64,000 nt of DNA, from positions 322,772,001 to 322,836,000 of the forward strand of contig OZ024743.1 in NCBI GenBank assembly GCA_964016885.1. The letters run 5' to 3'. The position numbers were made by a program, and so were the translations under genes. The stretch is from Eledone cirrhosa (Eukaryota). Below the pieces are notes generated by a model. The model was not told the DNA's origin. It saw only the letters and a list, made by a program, of their open reading frames with translations, and searched no databases. Shown here piece by piece: positions 38,701 to 51,180 of this stretch; within the stretch, counting starts at the first letter, position 1; every line of letters begins with the position of its first letter.

Positions 38701-39243
38701 GGCGGTTGCGCTGGTATGGACATGTGATGCGTATGAAGGATGACAGGTGCATAAAAAGGTGCAGAGCACTAGAAGTTGATGGAAACCGTGGAGTGGGGAT
38801 ACCCAAGATGACCTGGGATGAGGTGATAAAAGCCGACCTTACCCAATTACACCTCTGAAAGGCAATGACACACGACCGTGACTTCTGGCGTCACGCAGTA
38901 ATACAGAGTACCCGACCTCCCATGGGTACAAGCTGAAGCATATAGACAATATGCCCCACACCCCCCACCGCAAGGTGGTCGTGGAGGTGCCACGGCAAAA
39001 AAGCACCCAGCCCACACTGTAAAGTGGACGTGTAGGCGCCACGAAAAAGCACCCAGCACTCACTGTAAATGAGGTTGGTGTTAGGAAGGGCATCCAGCTG
39101 TAGAAATCAAGCCAGATCAGTTCCTGTATGAGCAAGGCATGGTCAGCCGACCAGACACGGCCCACAACAGGACAACCCGTCTAACCCATGCTAGCGTGGA
39201 AGAACGGACGTAAAACGGTGATGATGATGATGATGATGATGAT
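35760..39243 (+). mobile_element. RTE-clade LINE family B, near full length (APE-RT with embedded PHD finger, long 3' UTR), inactivated
   Basis: ORF from ATG 35972 (TINVGSM, CVQETRW, AYAPQ, GDFNGH); ~50-codon deletion and frameshift near 37296; RT YADD; PHD at ~38142-38273 with W>stop at 38202; 3' UTR with module repeats; (GAT)n tail. Confidence 0.95.
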
Positions 39244-39722
39244 AATATAATATGGTTAACGGATGTAAAATAGCACGATAAGGTTAACAGATGTAAAATA
39301 GTCTAATATGGTTAACAGATGTAAACTAATATAATATGGTTAACAAATTTAAAATAGCATGATATGGTTAACAGATGTAAAATAATATCATATGGTTTAC
39401 AGATGTAAAATAGTATAATATGTTTAACAGATGTAAACTAGTAGGATATGGTTAACAGAAGTAAAATATAAATAGTTAACTTTTTGTTACTGTTGCAACA
39501 ATTAAAAAACTAACTACACTAAAACAACCGACTTTGGTCGTAAATCTTTAAAATGGTTATTTTTTTCAATAAAAGTCGCTATCAACATTATATAGTCTGC
39601 AATAAATAATTTCTTTTTTTTTTTTTTTATCTTGTCAAATACATAATATAATATTCACCTTTATTTCTGAACTCTGGAAACATAAATTTAATTATTTATT
39701 TGGGTTGCTAATATTTATTGGC

Positions 39723-39828
39723 TCATAATCATCATCATCATCACCATCACTACTTCCACCACAATCATCATCATGTCCACCACTATCATCATCATCACTA
39801 CTGCCACCACCATCATCATCATCATCAT
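39723..39828. repeat. (CAT/CAC)n microsatellite
   Basis: Read directly from the sequence. Confidence 0.9.
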
Positions 39829-39856
39829 GTTATGGGTTTGACTATCATTATATTTT

Positions 39857-40245
39857 GGCGGTGGATTAGCAGTATTGGTAGAGGGTCGGATGCCATGCTT
39901 TGACGTATAGAGTTACGGCCCTTGCCATTCTGAGTTCAAATCCCGCCGAGGTTAACTTTGCCTTTCATCCCTACGGGGTCGATAAAATAAAGTGCCAGTA
40001 ATGCACTGAGTAATTGCTGGCCTTGTGCCTAACGTAGAAACAATTATATTTTGGCAGTATCAGTAGAGGGTCGGACGCCATGCTTTGACAGATGGAGTTA
40101 CGGCCCTTTCCATTCTGAGTTCCAATCCCGCCGAGGTTAACTTTGCCTTTCATCCTTACGATGTCGATAAAATAAAGTACCAGTAATACACTAGGTAATT
40201 GCTGGTACTTTATTTGGTACTTGTGCCAAAAGTAGAAACAATTAT
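39857..40245 (+). mobile_element. Tandem pair of S2 SINEs
   Basis: Copies at 39857-40046 and 40052-40245; attatattttggc precedes both. Confidence 0.9.
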
Positions 40246-40334
40246 ATTAATGAATTATATTCTTCACTCACTGTCTTAGTCGTCTATTCCAGTATATTGT
40301 TGGTATTTATTATAGCCATGGATAGGCACCATGG

Positions 40335-40560
40335 TGAGGCATGTGACCTAGTGGTAAGGGTTGTCATAGGTTCAATTCCTGTACTGGGTTATGTGTTGTG
40401 TTTTTAGTAAAACACTTCATTTCCCATTGCTCCAGTATACTCAGCTGAAAATAAGTACCAGCAATAGCTGGAGGTTTAACCCTTTAATGGATTGGCATCC
40501 TGTCCAGTGGGGAGTCTTGTACTCTCAGTCACTTAATGCCACAGAAACCAGGAAAGCCTC
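40335..40560 (+). mobile_element. SINE family S4 (tRNA head, CORE-like and V-like domains)
   Basis: tgacctagtgg / ggttcaattcc boxes; actcagctgaaaataagtaccagc; atggattggcatcctgtccag...atgccacagaaaccagg. Confidence 0.7.
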
Positions 40561-40894
40561 TGAGCTTGTGACAGAAGAAGATAAAGATGAAGACGAAGGC
40601 AGCAGTGATGGCAATGACAATGAACAGGATGCCAATTCTGTTAACTACTTCTGTTAACATCTTTAACATCTAAAGTCTTACTTTTCTGCCAATCATCCAG
40701 AGACCACACTATACCTTTTGTGTACCCAGTGTACCCAATGCTGACCCTGACTACATAGTATCAAGTTATACCAACTCTCATCACTGTTTAATATCCATTT
40801 TTCCACTCTATCATGGGTTAGACTATCTTCTTATATATCAAGATAGATCACTTCTCAGCTGTTCAACATATAAATGTTAACAAGGAACTATAAT

Positions 40895-41430
40895 AGTTTC
40901 TGAATTAAGCACAAGTCAACACTTTCAGAGGAGAGTAAAGTCAATTAAATCAACCCCAGTGTGTTATTGGTACTTTATTTTATTGACCCCATAATGTGTT
41001 ATGTCCTTATGGATAAACGAATACACTACAACAGTGTAATAACAATATAATTGAAACAAACGGCAATAACCACACGTAACGGAACAACAATCTTTTAAGA
41101 ACCAACAATCCAACATGCTAACTCGAACTGTGAACTTGAACTCCTACTTTGACTATCAACACACAAACTCTGGAACTAGTACCAACTTCAACTATCTACA
41201 CATGAACTGTGAAACTAGTACCAACTTCCCCACTTACTCAGGCCACTACTATTTATATGTAGTAGTCCAGCCCATTCTCACCAGGAGGTTACCGTACTCT
41301 CGCACAATATAATGGATGAAAGGCAAAGCTAATTTCAGCAGGATTTGAACTCAGAATGTAAAGAGACATAACTCTATGCCACTAAGCATGTTGTCCGATG
41401 CTCTACTGATACTGTCAATACACCGCCCTT
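40895..41430 (-). mobile_element. Older S2-related SINE interrupted by a solo LTR
   Basis: The SINE halves rejoin as gacccc-ataatg-gatgaaaggcaaag. Confidence 0.75.
40997..41309. mobile_element. Solo LTR (313 bp)
   Basis: Termini TGTTATG...CACAATA (imperfect TG..CA); exact 5-bp TSD taatg (40992-40996 / 41310-41314); inserted cleanly inside a SINE. Confidence 0.75.
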
Positions 41431-41442
41431 AACAAAGCACTA

Positions 41443-41636
41443 TAATTGTTTCTACTTTTTGGCACAAGACCAGCAATTATCCCAGTGTATTACTGGTACT
41501 TTATTTTATCGACCCCGAAAGGATCAAAGCCAAAGTTAACCTCGGTGGGATTTGAATCCAGGCTGTAAAGGGACGTAACTCTATGCTGCAAAGCATAGTG
41601 TGCGACCCTCTACCAATACTGCCAACCCACCACCCT
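41443..41636 (-). mobile_element. SINE family S2, full length
   Basis: Flanked by ttaacaaagca(c/t)tataat duplication. Confidence 0.9.
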
Positions 41637-41921
41637 TAACAAAGCATTATAATGACAAGTAGTTGGATGAGTATGGACTCCTGGGGAAACTTGACTCTCC
41701 TGTTAATTTTAACCTTTATCAGAACACTTTTAAATGTCTTGAATGTTATCACAAGTAATTCATTTATTACTAATTTTCTTAGAGCTTACTAGACTACAGA
41801 GCAAAGAACCATGCCAATGACCTTCACTAGTTTAACTAATAAAAAATAAAGTTGTTTTCTATGTTTAGTACAGAAATGTAGAATTTATGGTTTACCGTTC
41901 ACGTAGAAATATCATCTATAT

Positions 41922-42353
41922 CAGTAATTCTCAAGATGGGCCTGAGAAATTTTTTAATAGGAAGATAAGTGAGCTTTGTAATTCTTTTTTTTTTTGGCAC
42001 TGGTATAAAATTATGAAAACACAAACTGCTTTACTTTATTTTTAAAGGCAAATAACTCTAAACTTTAGAAGATGAATGTGTGTGAAGATAGACACCAGGA
42101 GCAGTGTAGTCATTAGTCAGGATATATATTTTCTACTACATTTTGCTTCTGTAAATAAAATGTATTTCCTGTTATATGGAATTTCTATTTGTGCTTTTGT
42201 GGACCTGAAATATTTTGACACCAAACATGTAGGCCTGAAATATTTTGACACCAAAAATGTGGACCTGAAATATTTTTGACACCTAAAGTGTGGGCCTGAA
42301 ATATTTTTGACACCATAAATGAGTCACACGGAAGAAAAGGTTGAGAAACACTG
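41922..42353. mobile_element. hAT-type MITE with an internal ~30-bp tandem repeat
   Basis: TIRs cagtaattctcaa / ttgagaaacactg; TSD atctatat / atctatac; four copies of gtgg.cctgaaatattttgacacc at 42198-42320; related 3' end at 28330-28399. Confidence 0.8.
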
Positions 42354-43589
42354 ATCTATACCATAAATATACAAACCATATCCTACACTAACTTTAATTT
42401 GACTCTGTCAACTAATTTTGAGATTTCATCCATTACTTGAACACCTTAGTAATTGTTTCAATCCAATGCATCTCTGTTTCTATTAGATACTGCTGCACCA
42501 ACCATTGAAAATTACACCTTCTTGCACTAACTAATCAACTAAACATGTCATTAGTAATTAGTGCTTACATAAATTTACATTTCAACATATAAGTGACTAT
42601 TTCTAATTTGCCCAAACTATTGCAGTCCATATACAAGCCTCATACATCTGCCCCTAATCTGAGAGACTTTGTTTGCTACCAAAAGAAGTATTAGCTCCAT
42701 ATCCCCTGCTCCCGCATTCTTATAATTGTTACTGTGCTTTTACTACACCACTTCCACTGCTAATTATGCTGAATAGCAAAAGCTATCAACTACTTCTAGT
42801 GAACCATCTGAGCATTTTAAGGAACTTATTTCATGCCTATTTTTACTATAACTATTTCTCTGCCTCTGCTACATAACAATACATTTTTACTTCTATATTT
42901 TTGCAGCTTGTTATTTAGTAATATAATAAATTTAGAACATTAGAGTACATTTAGTTTCTAAAATTATATTTTTCTTAACCTTTTGCATATTTCAGCAAAT
43001 GGGCAAAATGTAATTTGTTTTTTCTTAAAAATTTAAACAATTATCTTGTAAATTGAAATATATCAAGAGTTCAAACATCATTGGTCCAATCAAACATCAC
43101 TTTCTTTCAAATCTCCACTTAGAGTGCATTACACTAAAAACCTGTTTACTGCATAATCAAGTTCCACTAATTGAAAAACCCCATTAAAACTTTAAAACTA
43201 TTTTGAAAACATTCACCTGTTAATGTCACTGTAAATTTCTTTTTTTTAATAATATGCCAGTTGCTACTTTTTGTTGTGAATCTTACAAAAAGTGTAACAT
43301 TTTTTTTATCACTTTATATTTGTTTCTAATTAATGTTACTTTATAAAAACTCCAACTATATCTAAACTTAGTTTCTTAATTGGTTATAAAATTTCAACAA
43401 ATTGTTGTTGTTTTTTTTAACGAATTCTCCAGAAAAGAAAGATTTAATGGTCTGAAATATCAAAAGTCAATATTTTTCGAGATACGTGTAAGTAGTAATT
43501 GCCGAATTGTGAAAAAGTTTTAAGTCTTCAATATTCTCTTTAGTTTTTGTTGTATCCGAAAACATATTCTTTTAATTAGATAAAATAGA

Positions 43590-43910
43590 GTGCATAGCTT
43601 GGAGATCAGAGAGTCATTCCATGTAGAGCCACTACTTCTCTTAATTGAGAGATCACAGCTTGGATACTACGGACATGTGGTTAGAATATCTCAGGAAAGA
43701 ATTGCTAGACAGATTTTATGGGCACAACCAACTGGCAGGAGACCCAAGGGTCGACCCCAAGCAAGATGGCTGAGGATCCAGCCAGATCTCAGTTGGAGAT
43801 GGTTGCTTCTGACAGGACCTGCCGGAAGGAATGTTTGAGGACTCTGCCCTTACAACCCTCTCAGGAATAAGTAGGCAGAGGAGGAGGAGGAGAACAAAAA
43901 GAAGAAGAAA
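43590..43910 (+). mobile_element. Expander/Rex3-like RTE, 3' fragment
   Basis: VEPLLLLIERSQLGYYGHVVRISQERIARQILWAQPTGRRPKGRPQARWL. Confidence 0.85.
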
Positions 43911-44439
43911 TATTAAAAACATCTGCAACAGTTTACAGTTTGTAAGATCAGTAAACAGTAAATTGAGTTATCTCTGATTGAGTTATCTCTGATTAATCTT
44001 CTTTAGTAGAAAAAAGTTTAAATAACTGTTTACAGCAACCAGTTTGTCCATTTAAGAAATAAGATCCTAATACTTTCTAGGAATACAAAATTCTTTCAAT
44101 AAGGAGATATAAAGAAAAGCACCTGATTAATACATACAAATAATTTTTTTTTTTTTTAAATTAAATCCATATCCACAAACAAATGAACATGTTTTAAAGA
44201 TTTTCTTGTCTTTTTACAAACTCAGAAAAGTAACTATATAATCCTCATTATTTAATATCCATTTTCCCTGCTAGAAAAAGTTGGACAGGTCATTACAAAC
44301 CAGGTAGGTATGACATCGAAGCTGGGACCCTACATATTGCTTACATTCATTCTCACTCTATAAATGCCATAAATGAGAGGAAAAAAAGAGATAGAGCAAG
44401 GACTATTAGGCTATGGAAAAAAGAGAGGGTGGCAAGCTC

Positions 44440-45040
44440 TAAGCATAGGGTGGAGCAGTGTTTCAGCTGCACCCTGCAGACAAAACTGCCGTGGCATTTC
44501 TATAGACAATGGCCAGTGACACCCACTGCAACAGCCACTCCACCTCATGAGGCTCCTTCCTCAGATGAGCTGCTAATGTTGAGTTCAGTTGTATGGGGTC
44601 CAGAAATGCCTGAGGTTTTGATGGTGACTGGTGCAAAGAGGAAGCAGCTGTACAATAATTAAAGTGTAATACCATATTCCTTACTGAAATATTGGATACA
44701 TACTGGGAATATTTTCATGCTTTTATTGACCAATGGTCAAGGAGCGCCAAGAATGCTGGAAGTCCTCACTGCTACAGGCTCTACCACAAACCTATCAGAG
44801 AACAGCCGATACTTGGACAGTTTGCCCTCTTCAGCATCATAGGCAGTAGAGCCTGGGCTGGTAGCCAAAACAACAGGTTGCCTCTAGAGTATGTGTTATA
44901 GTCATCCCAGATAAGGGGCCTGTCCCCCCCCCCCCCCTATCGAACAGGAAGATTGTCATGCCATCTGTTGTTTTGCCATACCCTGAGTCCAACCCCACTG
45001 GCTGAAGCTGGGAAGGGAAACCTGTACCATCCAGGCGCTG
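44440..45040 (-). mobile_element. CRE-clade RLE-domain remnant
   Basis: GFPSQLQPVGLDSGYGKTTDGMTIF (cf. EP.GL...DGKRPDG.T); LIWD; KEPHEVEWLLQWVSLAIVYRNATAVL. Confidence 0.75.
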
Positions 45041-45327
45041 TTTTAGTTTTGTACTTAATTTCAAACTACAATCAAGTGGATGATTTTTGAGTGCTTTTAA
45101 ATATTTATTCAATATACAAAATCTCACAAAGCCATGAAAACCCATTGACCATTATATGAAAATAATTGAGCAGGATCTGGTAGTGCATGTCACTATAACT
45201 AATTTAACCCAAATTAGTAATAGTGACATGCACCAAAATGGATCAAATATTTTCTGCTTAAAAACTATCATATACAATAAAGAGCTTTAGATATCAAGTG
45301 GATTGTATGAATAGTTATGTTTAACTA

Positions 45328-45773
45328 TGTGATATATCTAGGATATTTCAGACATGTAATATATCTAGGATATTTCAGATGTGAAATATCTAGGATATTT
45401 CGGCATGTGATATATCTAAGATATTTCAGAGACGTGATATAACTAGGATATTTCGTATGGGATATATCTAGTGTATTTCAGATATGTGATATATGTAGGA
45501 TATTTCAGACATAACATATCTAGGATATTTCAGATGTGTGATATATCTAGGATATTTCAGACATGTGATATATCTAGGATATTTCAGACATGTAATATAT
45601 CTAGGATATTTCAGACATGATATATCTAGGATATTTCAGATGTGTGATATATGTAGGATATTTCAGATATGTGATATATCTAGGATATTTCAGACATGAT
45701 ATATCTAGGATATTTCACATACGTGATATATCTAGGGCATTTCAGGCGTGTGATATATCAGGGATATTTCAGA
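45328..45773. repeat. ~27-bp minisatellite (GTGATATATCTAGGATATTTCAGACAT)n
   Basis: About 17 units read directly. Confidence 0.95.
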
Positions 45774-46363
45774 CAGAAAAAAAATACTACATCCACTTCT
45801 TAAGGATTTGATTTTACAAAAAACATATTTATTACAAAACATAAAGTTGTTACACTAATTTTGGATATATAAGCATCTTAATTTTATCCCATGTTTACAG
45901 CTAAAACAGGCATATGTCCAGTTTTAAAGGCAAGCTGACACATAATGAATTCTATTTATTATGGTTAATATTGGTTATTGATTACTACCAATCAATTGTG
46001 GTCCTTTCCCCAATATTTCTAATATGAACATAATCATTTCTTTAATTTTTATTGCAGATTCTCTTGTTAATGAGTTAATATATCTTCTCAATTGTTTCTA
46101 TGTGGTCTAAAATGATGATCATCATCCCCACCATCACCATTACCATCATCACCATTACCATTACCATTATCATCATTGTCGTCATCATCACCATTATCAT
46201 CATCACTATCATCATTTTGCATCTGCTTTTCCATGCCTACATGGGTTGGACTAGTCCTTTCCAGCTCTTTCTCTATTAGTCATTTAAAAAACAAAAGCAG
46301 GACATACATACACATACATATATGCATACACACATATACACACACACATACATGCATACATAC

Positions 46364-47750
46364 GATAGACGAAATCTGAGCAGTTGATGTTGGAACTCGA
46401 AAAATACTAAACAACACCGGAAACTTCCACATCAACAGTGACATAGACTGCCTTTACTTGAAACGTAAGCAGGGAGGCAGAGGCCTAACATCAACATTTG
46501 AATGTCGCATCATATCTCTCCGACAACATCTACGAACCTCGAAGCGTAGGAGCCCGTTTCTCGAGCAAGTCTATCTGCATGAAACAGATAAGATCATGAG
46601 AGTTGGGAAGGAACTCCTCGAGAGATATTCCCTATGTGATAATAAAAAACTCACACCCAGGGAAGTCGCTCAGCAGTATCGCAGTGAATCCATGGATGAA
46701 AAACTGCATACTTATCAGCATAAAATCATACATGGATATGTTGCCAGGAAGCTCCAGAGTGAGAGTAATATAGATAAGGAAAGTAGTCTATCTTGGACCA
46801 ACAACCGTTATATTGGCTCCCACTTTGAAGGATACGCTTTTGCAATCCAAGAACAGGAGATTAACACGAAATACCTGCTTAACAAAAGAGATAGGGATGC
46901 AGGCAAAACACCTAGATGTGATAACAAGTGCAGACTCTGCAGAACTAACATTGAGGATATCACCCATCTCATCAGCAGCTGTCCAAAGATGTCATCGCGG
47001 TACTATCTACCTATGAGGCATGATGTAGTGGCCAAAACACTGTACAATGCAGTTCGTAAAAAAGATAGCCCCGATAATAAACACATAAAAGCTACAGCAA
47101 TGTGGAAGACATCCATGTACATAATATGAAAGAGTACTGGTGGAATGTTCCAGTAAAAACCCCAATAAAATGCAGGCATAACAGACCAGATATTATGATA
47201 TGGGACAGGGAGAAGAAAGCATGCACAGTAGTGGAAATTATCTGCCCAGCAGATGCCAATATAATATCAAAGATTAGTGAAAAGGAGAATATTTATGCCG
47301 AACTGATGAGAAATCTGCAGATACTCCACCCTGATTACACCTTCAGATTTATGCCTGTGATTATTGGGGCACTGGGATATGTTAGTAACTGCCTCAATAC
47401 AAATCTTGAGAAGCTAGGCTTCACAGGAACAGAAAGAACGCAACTAGTTAGGAAATTACAATTACAATCCATTAATGGAACAGTAAAAATATGTAAAACA
47501 TTCCAAAAATGTTGCATCTAATAACTGCATATACACATGTACAGATGCAAAGCATATATACATGCACACATACAACTCAAAACATCCACATCCACACATA
47601 CAATAACATCCATATCTACACATGCATGCATATATACATATCTACCTAGTTGATGTTGTGTAAATTCCAATGAGAGAGTCGTGTGTCTATGTTAGAAACT
47701 GACTCTCTCTCTATTGGTAAATATTTGTGAAATTATAGAACCAGAAGAAC
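46364..47750 (+). mobile_element. R4/Dong-like RLE non-LTR retrotransposon, 5'-truncated
   Basis: SDIDCLYLKRKQGGRGL (thumb); CCHC knuckle CRLC...EDITHLISSC; RHD; NRPDIMIWD...VVEI.CP...K; PVIIGALG; frameshift near 47100; CATA repeats on both sides. Confidence 0.88.
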
Positions 47751-47934
47751 ATACATACATACATACAGCCATAACTAAGAACTGAATCAACTGTAATAGA
47801 TACAAACAGATTTAGGTTATCCGTGAGAATATTTCTTAGTAACAGTTTTTCTAAAATATTGTTTGTACTGGCAATGAACCCCTTGTCAGCCCTGTTGAGG
47901 AAATGTTACACTCTTTCATATATTAAAATTACAG

Positions 47935-48368
47935 CCCAATTGCACCTCTCAAAGGCGATGACACAGGACCGAGATCTCTGGCATTATGCAGTAATACAAA
48001 AGATCCAACTTCTTATAGGCACAGACCGAAGCTGAAGCATGTATACAGTGTACCCTGCACCACCCCCACTGCAAAATGGTTGTGTAAGTGTCATGACAAA
48101 AAGCACCCAGTCCACACTGTAAAGTGGTCATGTAGGCGTCATGACAAAAAGCACCCAATCCACACCATAAAGTAGCCATGTAGGTGACACAACAAAAAGC
48201 ACCCAGTACTCACTGTTAATGAGGTTAACGTTAGGAAGGGCATCCAGCTGTAGAAACCAAGCCAAAATCAGTTCTGTATAAACAAAGCATGGTCAACTGA
48301 CTTAGCATTGCCCACAACAGAACAATTTGTCTAACTCATGCTAATGTGGAAGAATGGACATAAAACGC
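47935..48368 (+). mobile_element. RTE family B, 3' fragment with three 3' UTR modules
   Basis: QLHLSKAMTQDRDLWHYAVI, then three aaaaagcaccca modules and the tail. Confidence 0.85.
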
Positions 48369-48369
48369 A

Positions 48370-48552
48370 ATAGAGATAGACCACGTAAAACATGGGTGGA
48401 GGTGGTGAGAGCAGACCTCAGATCGCTGAAACTCACCGAGGAGATGACGAAGGATCGTGACAATTGGAGAGATGCTGTGCTGAATAGAACCCATCCAACC
48501 CTTGCAAGCAGGGAAAAGCAGACGTAAAATGATGATGATGATGATGATGATG
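48370..48552 (+). mobile_element. RTE family A, 3' fragment inserted at the RTE-B tail
   Basis: Matches 19275-19443; (GAT)n tail. Confidence 0.9.
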
Positions 48553-50689
48553 CAGTGGTAGCTGTACAGTAATGGAAGACTGTAGCCTGGTCACAGTGGA
48601 TTTGAACAGTATCACTTGCTTTAAGCCATTCCATTTCACTGAATTATCTAATGCTCTTGGGAAAAAGTTAGTAAATATATTGTGAAAGTATGTGCTAGAA
48701 AAAAGTAAACAATGTGGACACTTGAGAATAAAATAATTAGAAAACAGTGCCTGGATCAAGAGGCGAAGAAATGTGGGTCAAAACGTTGTTAAACAATATC
48801 TGGTTGTTGATTCAGTTTTGATACAATATGCTGTTTGTTCTGGTCACATAGCTTCTGGCTGGTTTCATTGTCTTTGCTAAAGACTGAATAAACTCCCACC
48901 CCCTTTACATAATACTTGCCTGCTTTTACAATGATAATATATGTTGCTTCAACAAAAGTACCATTAGTGAAAAGAATTATATTCAAAGTCAAAGGTTACT
49001 GACCAAAAATTTGATCAGTGTTCTGTGCCAAAAAACAAAACAAAAAACAATTACATACTTTGATGGATTCCTTTATGTCAGAGGCAACAGCTGCCTGTAA
49101 CTAATCAATCCACTTAATTGGTGTCAATGAACTAAAGACATGGCAACATTTTGTCTTGAATTGCATAAATCTCATTATTAATAGTTCAGTGACAAACGAC
49201 GTGTTTACAAGGGTCTCTAAAAACACTCAGTCTTAATATGTCTGAGAATTAATGTATATTTAATTATTTCATATTTTAAAAGATTTATGAATGTGATTTA
49301 TCAAAGAAACAAATTGATAAAAAGTCACTGGGACTCACTTATGAGATGACAAAAGAGCACAGCATGTGGAGAGATGCTGTGCTGAAAAGGACCCATCCAA
49401 CCCATGAGAGTATGGAAAAAATGGGCATAAGAACGATGATGATGATAAATAGAAAGAAAAAAAAGGACAAGTACATTCCCTCAAAATACAGGTGATTTAA
49501 TTGCTACATTAAAGTGAGCCTAATCATAAAATGGGGCCATGCCAGAGTTAATATCTCTTCAATTCTGAGGACAGGTGTATTGTCCAGAGTAGCTAGAAAG
49601 AGGCTTCATCGACTTAGTCTTGGCCATTGAGTTAGACGTAGTTGCTCCTATATGGGATACCACTGTCAGTGAGTGATTTGCACCTTCACACATGCTAGAT
49701 GCTATGACAGAGGTGAGGGTTACTGCAACCATAACAATAGTCAAATAAAATAAATTATTAAAATACTGTAATTTATCTGTAAATTATACTTTTCAACTAA
49801 TGGTATTCCAGATGTTCAGTATGACTGGACCACTAACACTGAAGTCTTTGTCATTGTTACCAGCTCAACATATCTCTGTACATTTGAGATGATAGCACAA
49901 TTCACTTTGTCAGGATTGGATGGACACTGACTCTCTTTAAGTTTACCTTCCCTTTTGACAGTATTGTTTTCAGTACACAGAGTCCAAAAATTTCCACTCT
50001 ACTAAGCAAGCTTCAGGTTGGGAGTAGTTTAGTCAAAAATAATTAGATCATACATATGTCGTACAGTTATTGGTAGCAGATCTCTAATTTAACATCATCA
50101 TCATCATGATGTAACTGGTGTTTTTCCTGCTGGCAAGGTTTAGAACGTCTGTGCTCTGAGTTCTAATCCCACCAAGGTTAACTTTGCTTTTTATACTTAC
50201 AAGGTTGAGAAATATAGTACCAGCCCAGCACTGGGGTTGATTCTTATTCTCTATCTCTTTCTCACTTCCTCTCTATCACACTCACTCCTTCTTTGGAAGA
50301 AATCGGCTGTGTTCAACCTGGAGAGGAGATGTGCTTTGCCAGGTTTTTAAAAGAAGGTACACTTTATAAACTGGTTTACATTAGGAAAGGCATCCAGCTG
50401 TAGGAACCATGCCAAACAAAGGATTAATTCAGTTGTGTCAAGAACATGACAACATCCCTAGTGCTGGTGCCACAATAAAATACACCCAGTACAGCCTGTA
50501 AAGTGGTTGGTGGATGGGAAGGTATCCCACTATAAAAAACCATGCCAAAACTGAAACATATGTGAGACATGGCCCCTGGCCTGTCTGGGAGGACTGTAGC
50601 TCTGATTAAGTACTGACTTAGTCTGTAATGACCTGTCTAACCTACAAATTTGTTATCAGCTACTAATCATAATAATAAAAGTAATATGT

Positions 50690-51180
50690 TAAACACACTT
50701 CAACCTCTAAGCCACAGACATGCTGTCTCCTTTCTGTACCATTACTACAGTGATATAAACTCTCAGTGTTACTTTACCTTAAGTACTCACAATATGTCTC
50801 TCCTGCTCTCATCACTTATATTGCATCCACACTTGACCCTACCCTAACCACTATTCAGTCATTTTTTCCCAGGGTATTGACTCTCTGGAATTCCATATTT
50901 GCCCATGACTTCCCAGAATTCATTAACTTGCAGTTATTCAAGAGGACAATTAACCATGTCAATCTTCCTGAGTTTGGATGGCCTCTGGTGGCTATGGGCA
51001 TTGTCCCTTCCTCCAGATCTAGTAGATATCAAACTTTCCAGTCTCAGAGGCCCTGTGATGGCCATGGGTACTGTCCCTTCCTTCAGACCTAGTAGATATC
51101 AATCTTTCCAGTCTCGGAGGCCCTGTGATGGCCATGGGTACTGTCCCTTTCAGACAAATTCAATAAATAAAAGAAAATTA
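50690..51180 (+). mobile_element. Jockey/CR1-group LINE 3' remnant with a 70-bp tandem duplication
   Basis: LQPLSHRHAVS..., SFFPRVLTLWNS...FPE..NLQLFKRTIN; gtgatggccatgggtactgtccc unit x2.4. Confidence 0.6.

Larger units (their letters stand above)
35353..39480. repeat. ~28-bp minisatellite (ATATGGTTAACAGATGTAAAATAGCATG)n, split by a MITE and an RTE
   Basis: Units at 35353-35494, 35705-35755 and 39245-39480. Confidence 0.85.

Noticed and set aside
39659-39673. 15-nt minus-strand micro-exon (tttccag|AGTTCAGAAATAAAG|gtgaat)
   Set aside because: Splice-like signals only, with no partner exons; a chance match is likely in AT-rich DNA. The same applies to the 30-nt plus-strand candidate near 62653-62682.
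39718-39903. His-rich ORF suggesting a metal-binding protein
   Set aside because: A (CAT)n microsatellite running into a SINE; it starts at TTG and has no splice support.
48789-49744. Short minus-strand ORFs in non-repeat sequence (48789-48992, 49559-49744)
   Set aside because: No recognisable domain and no consistent splice chain.
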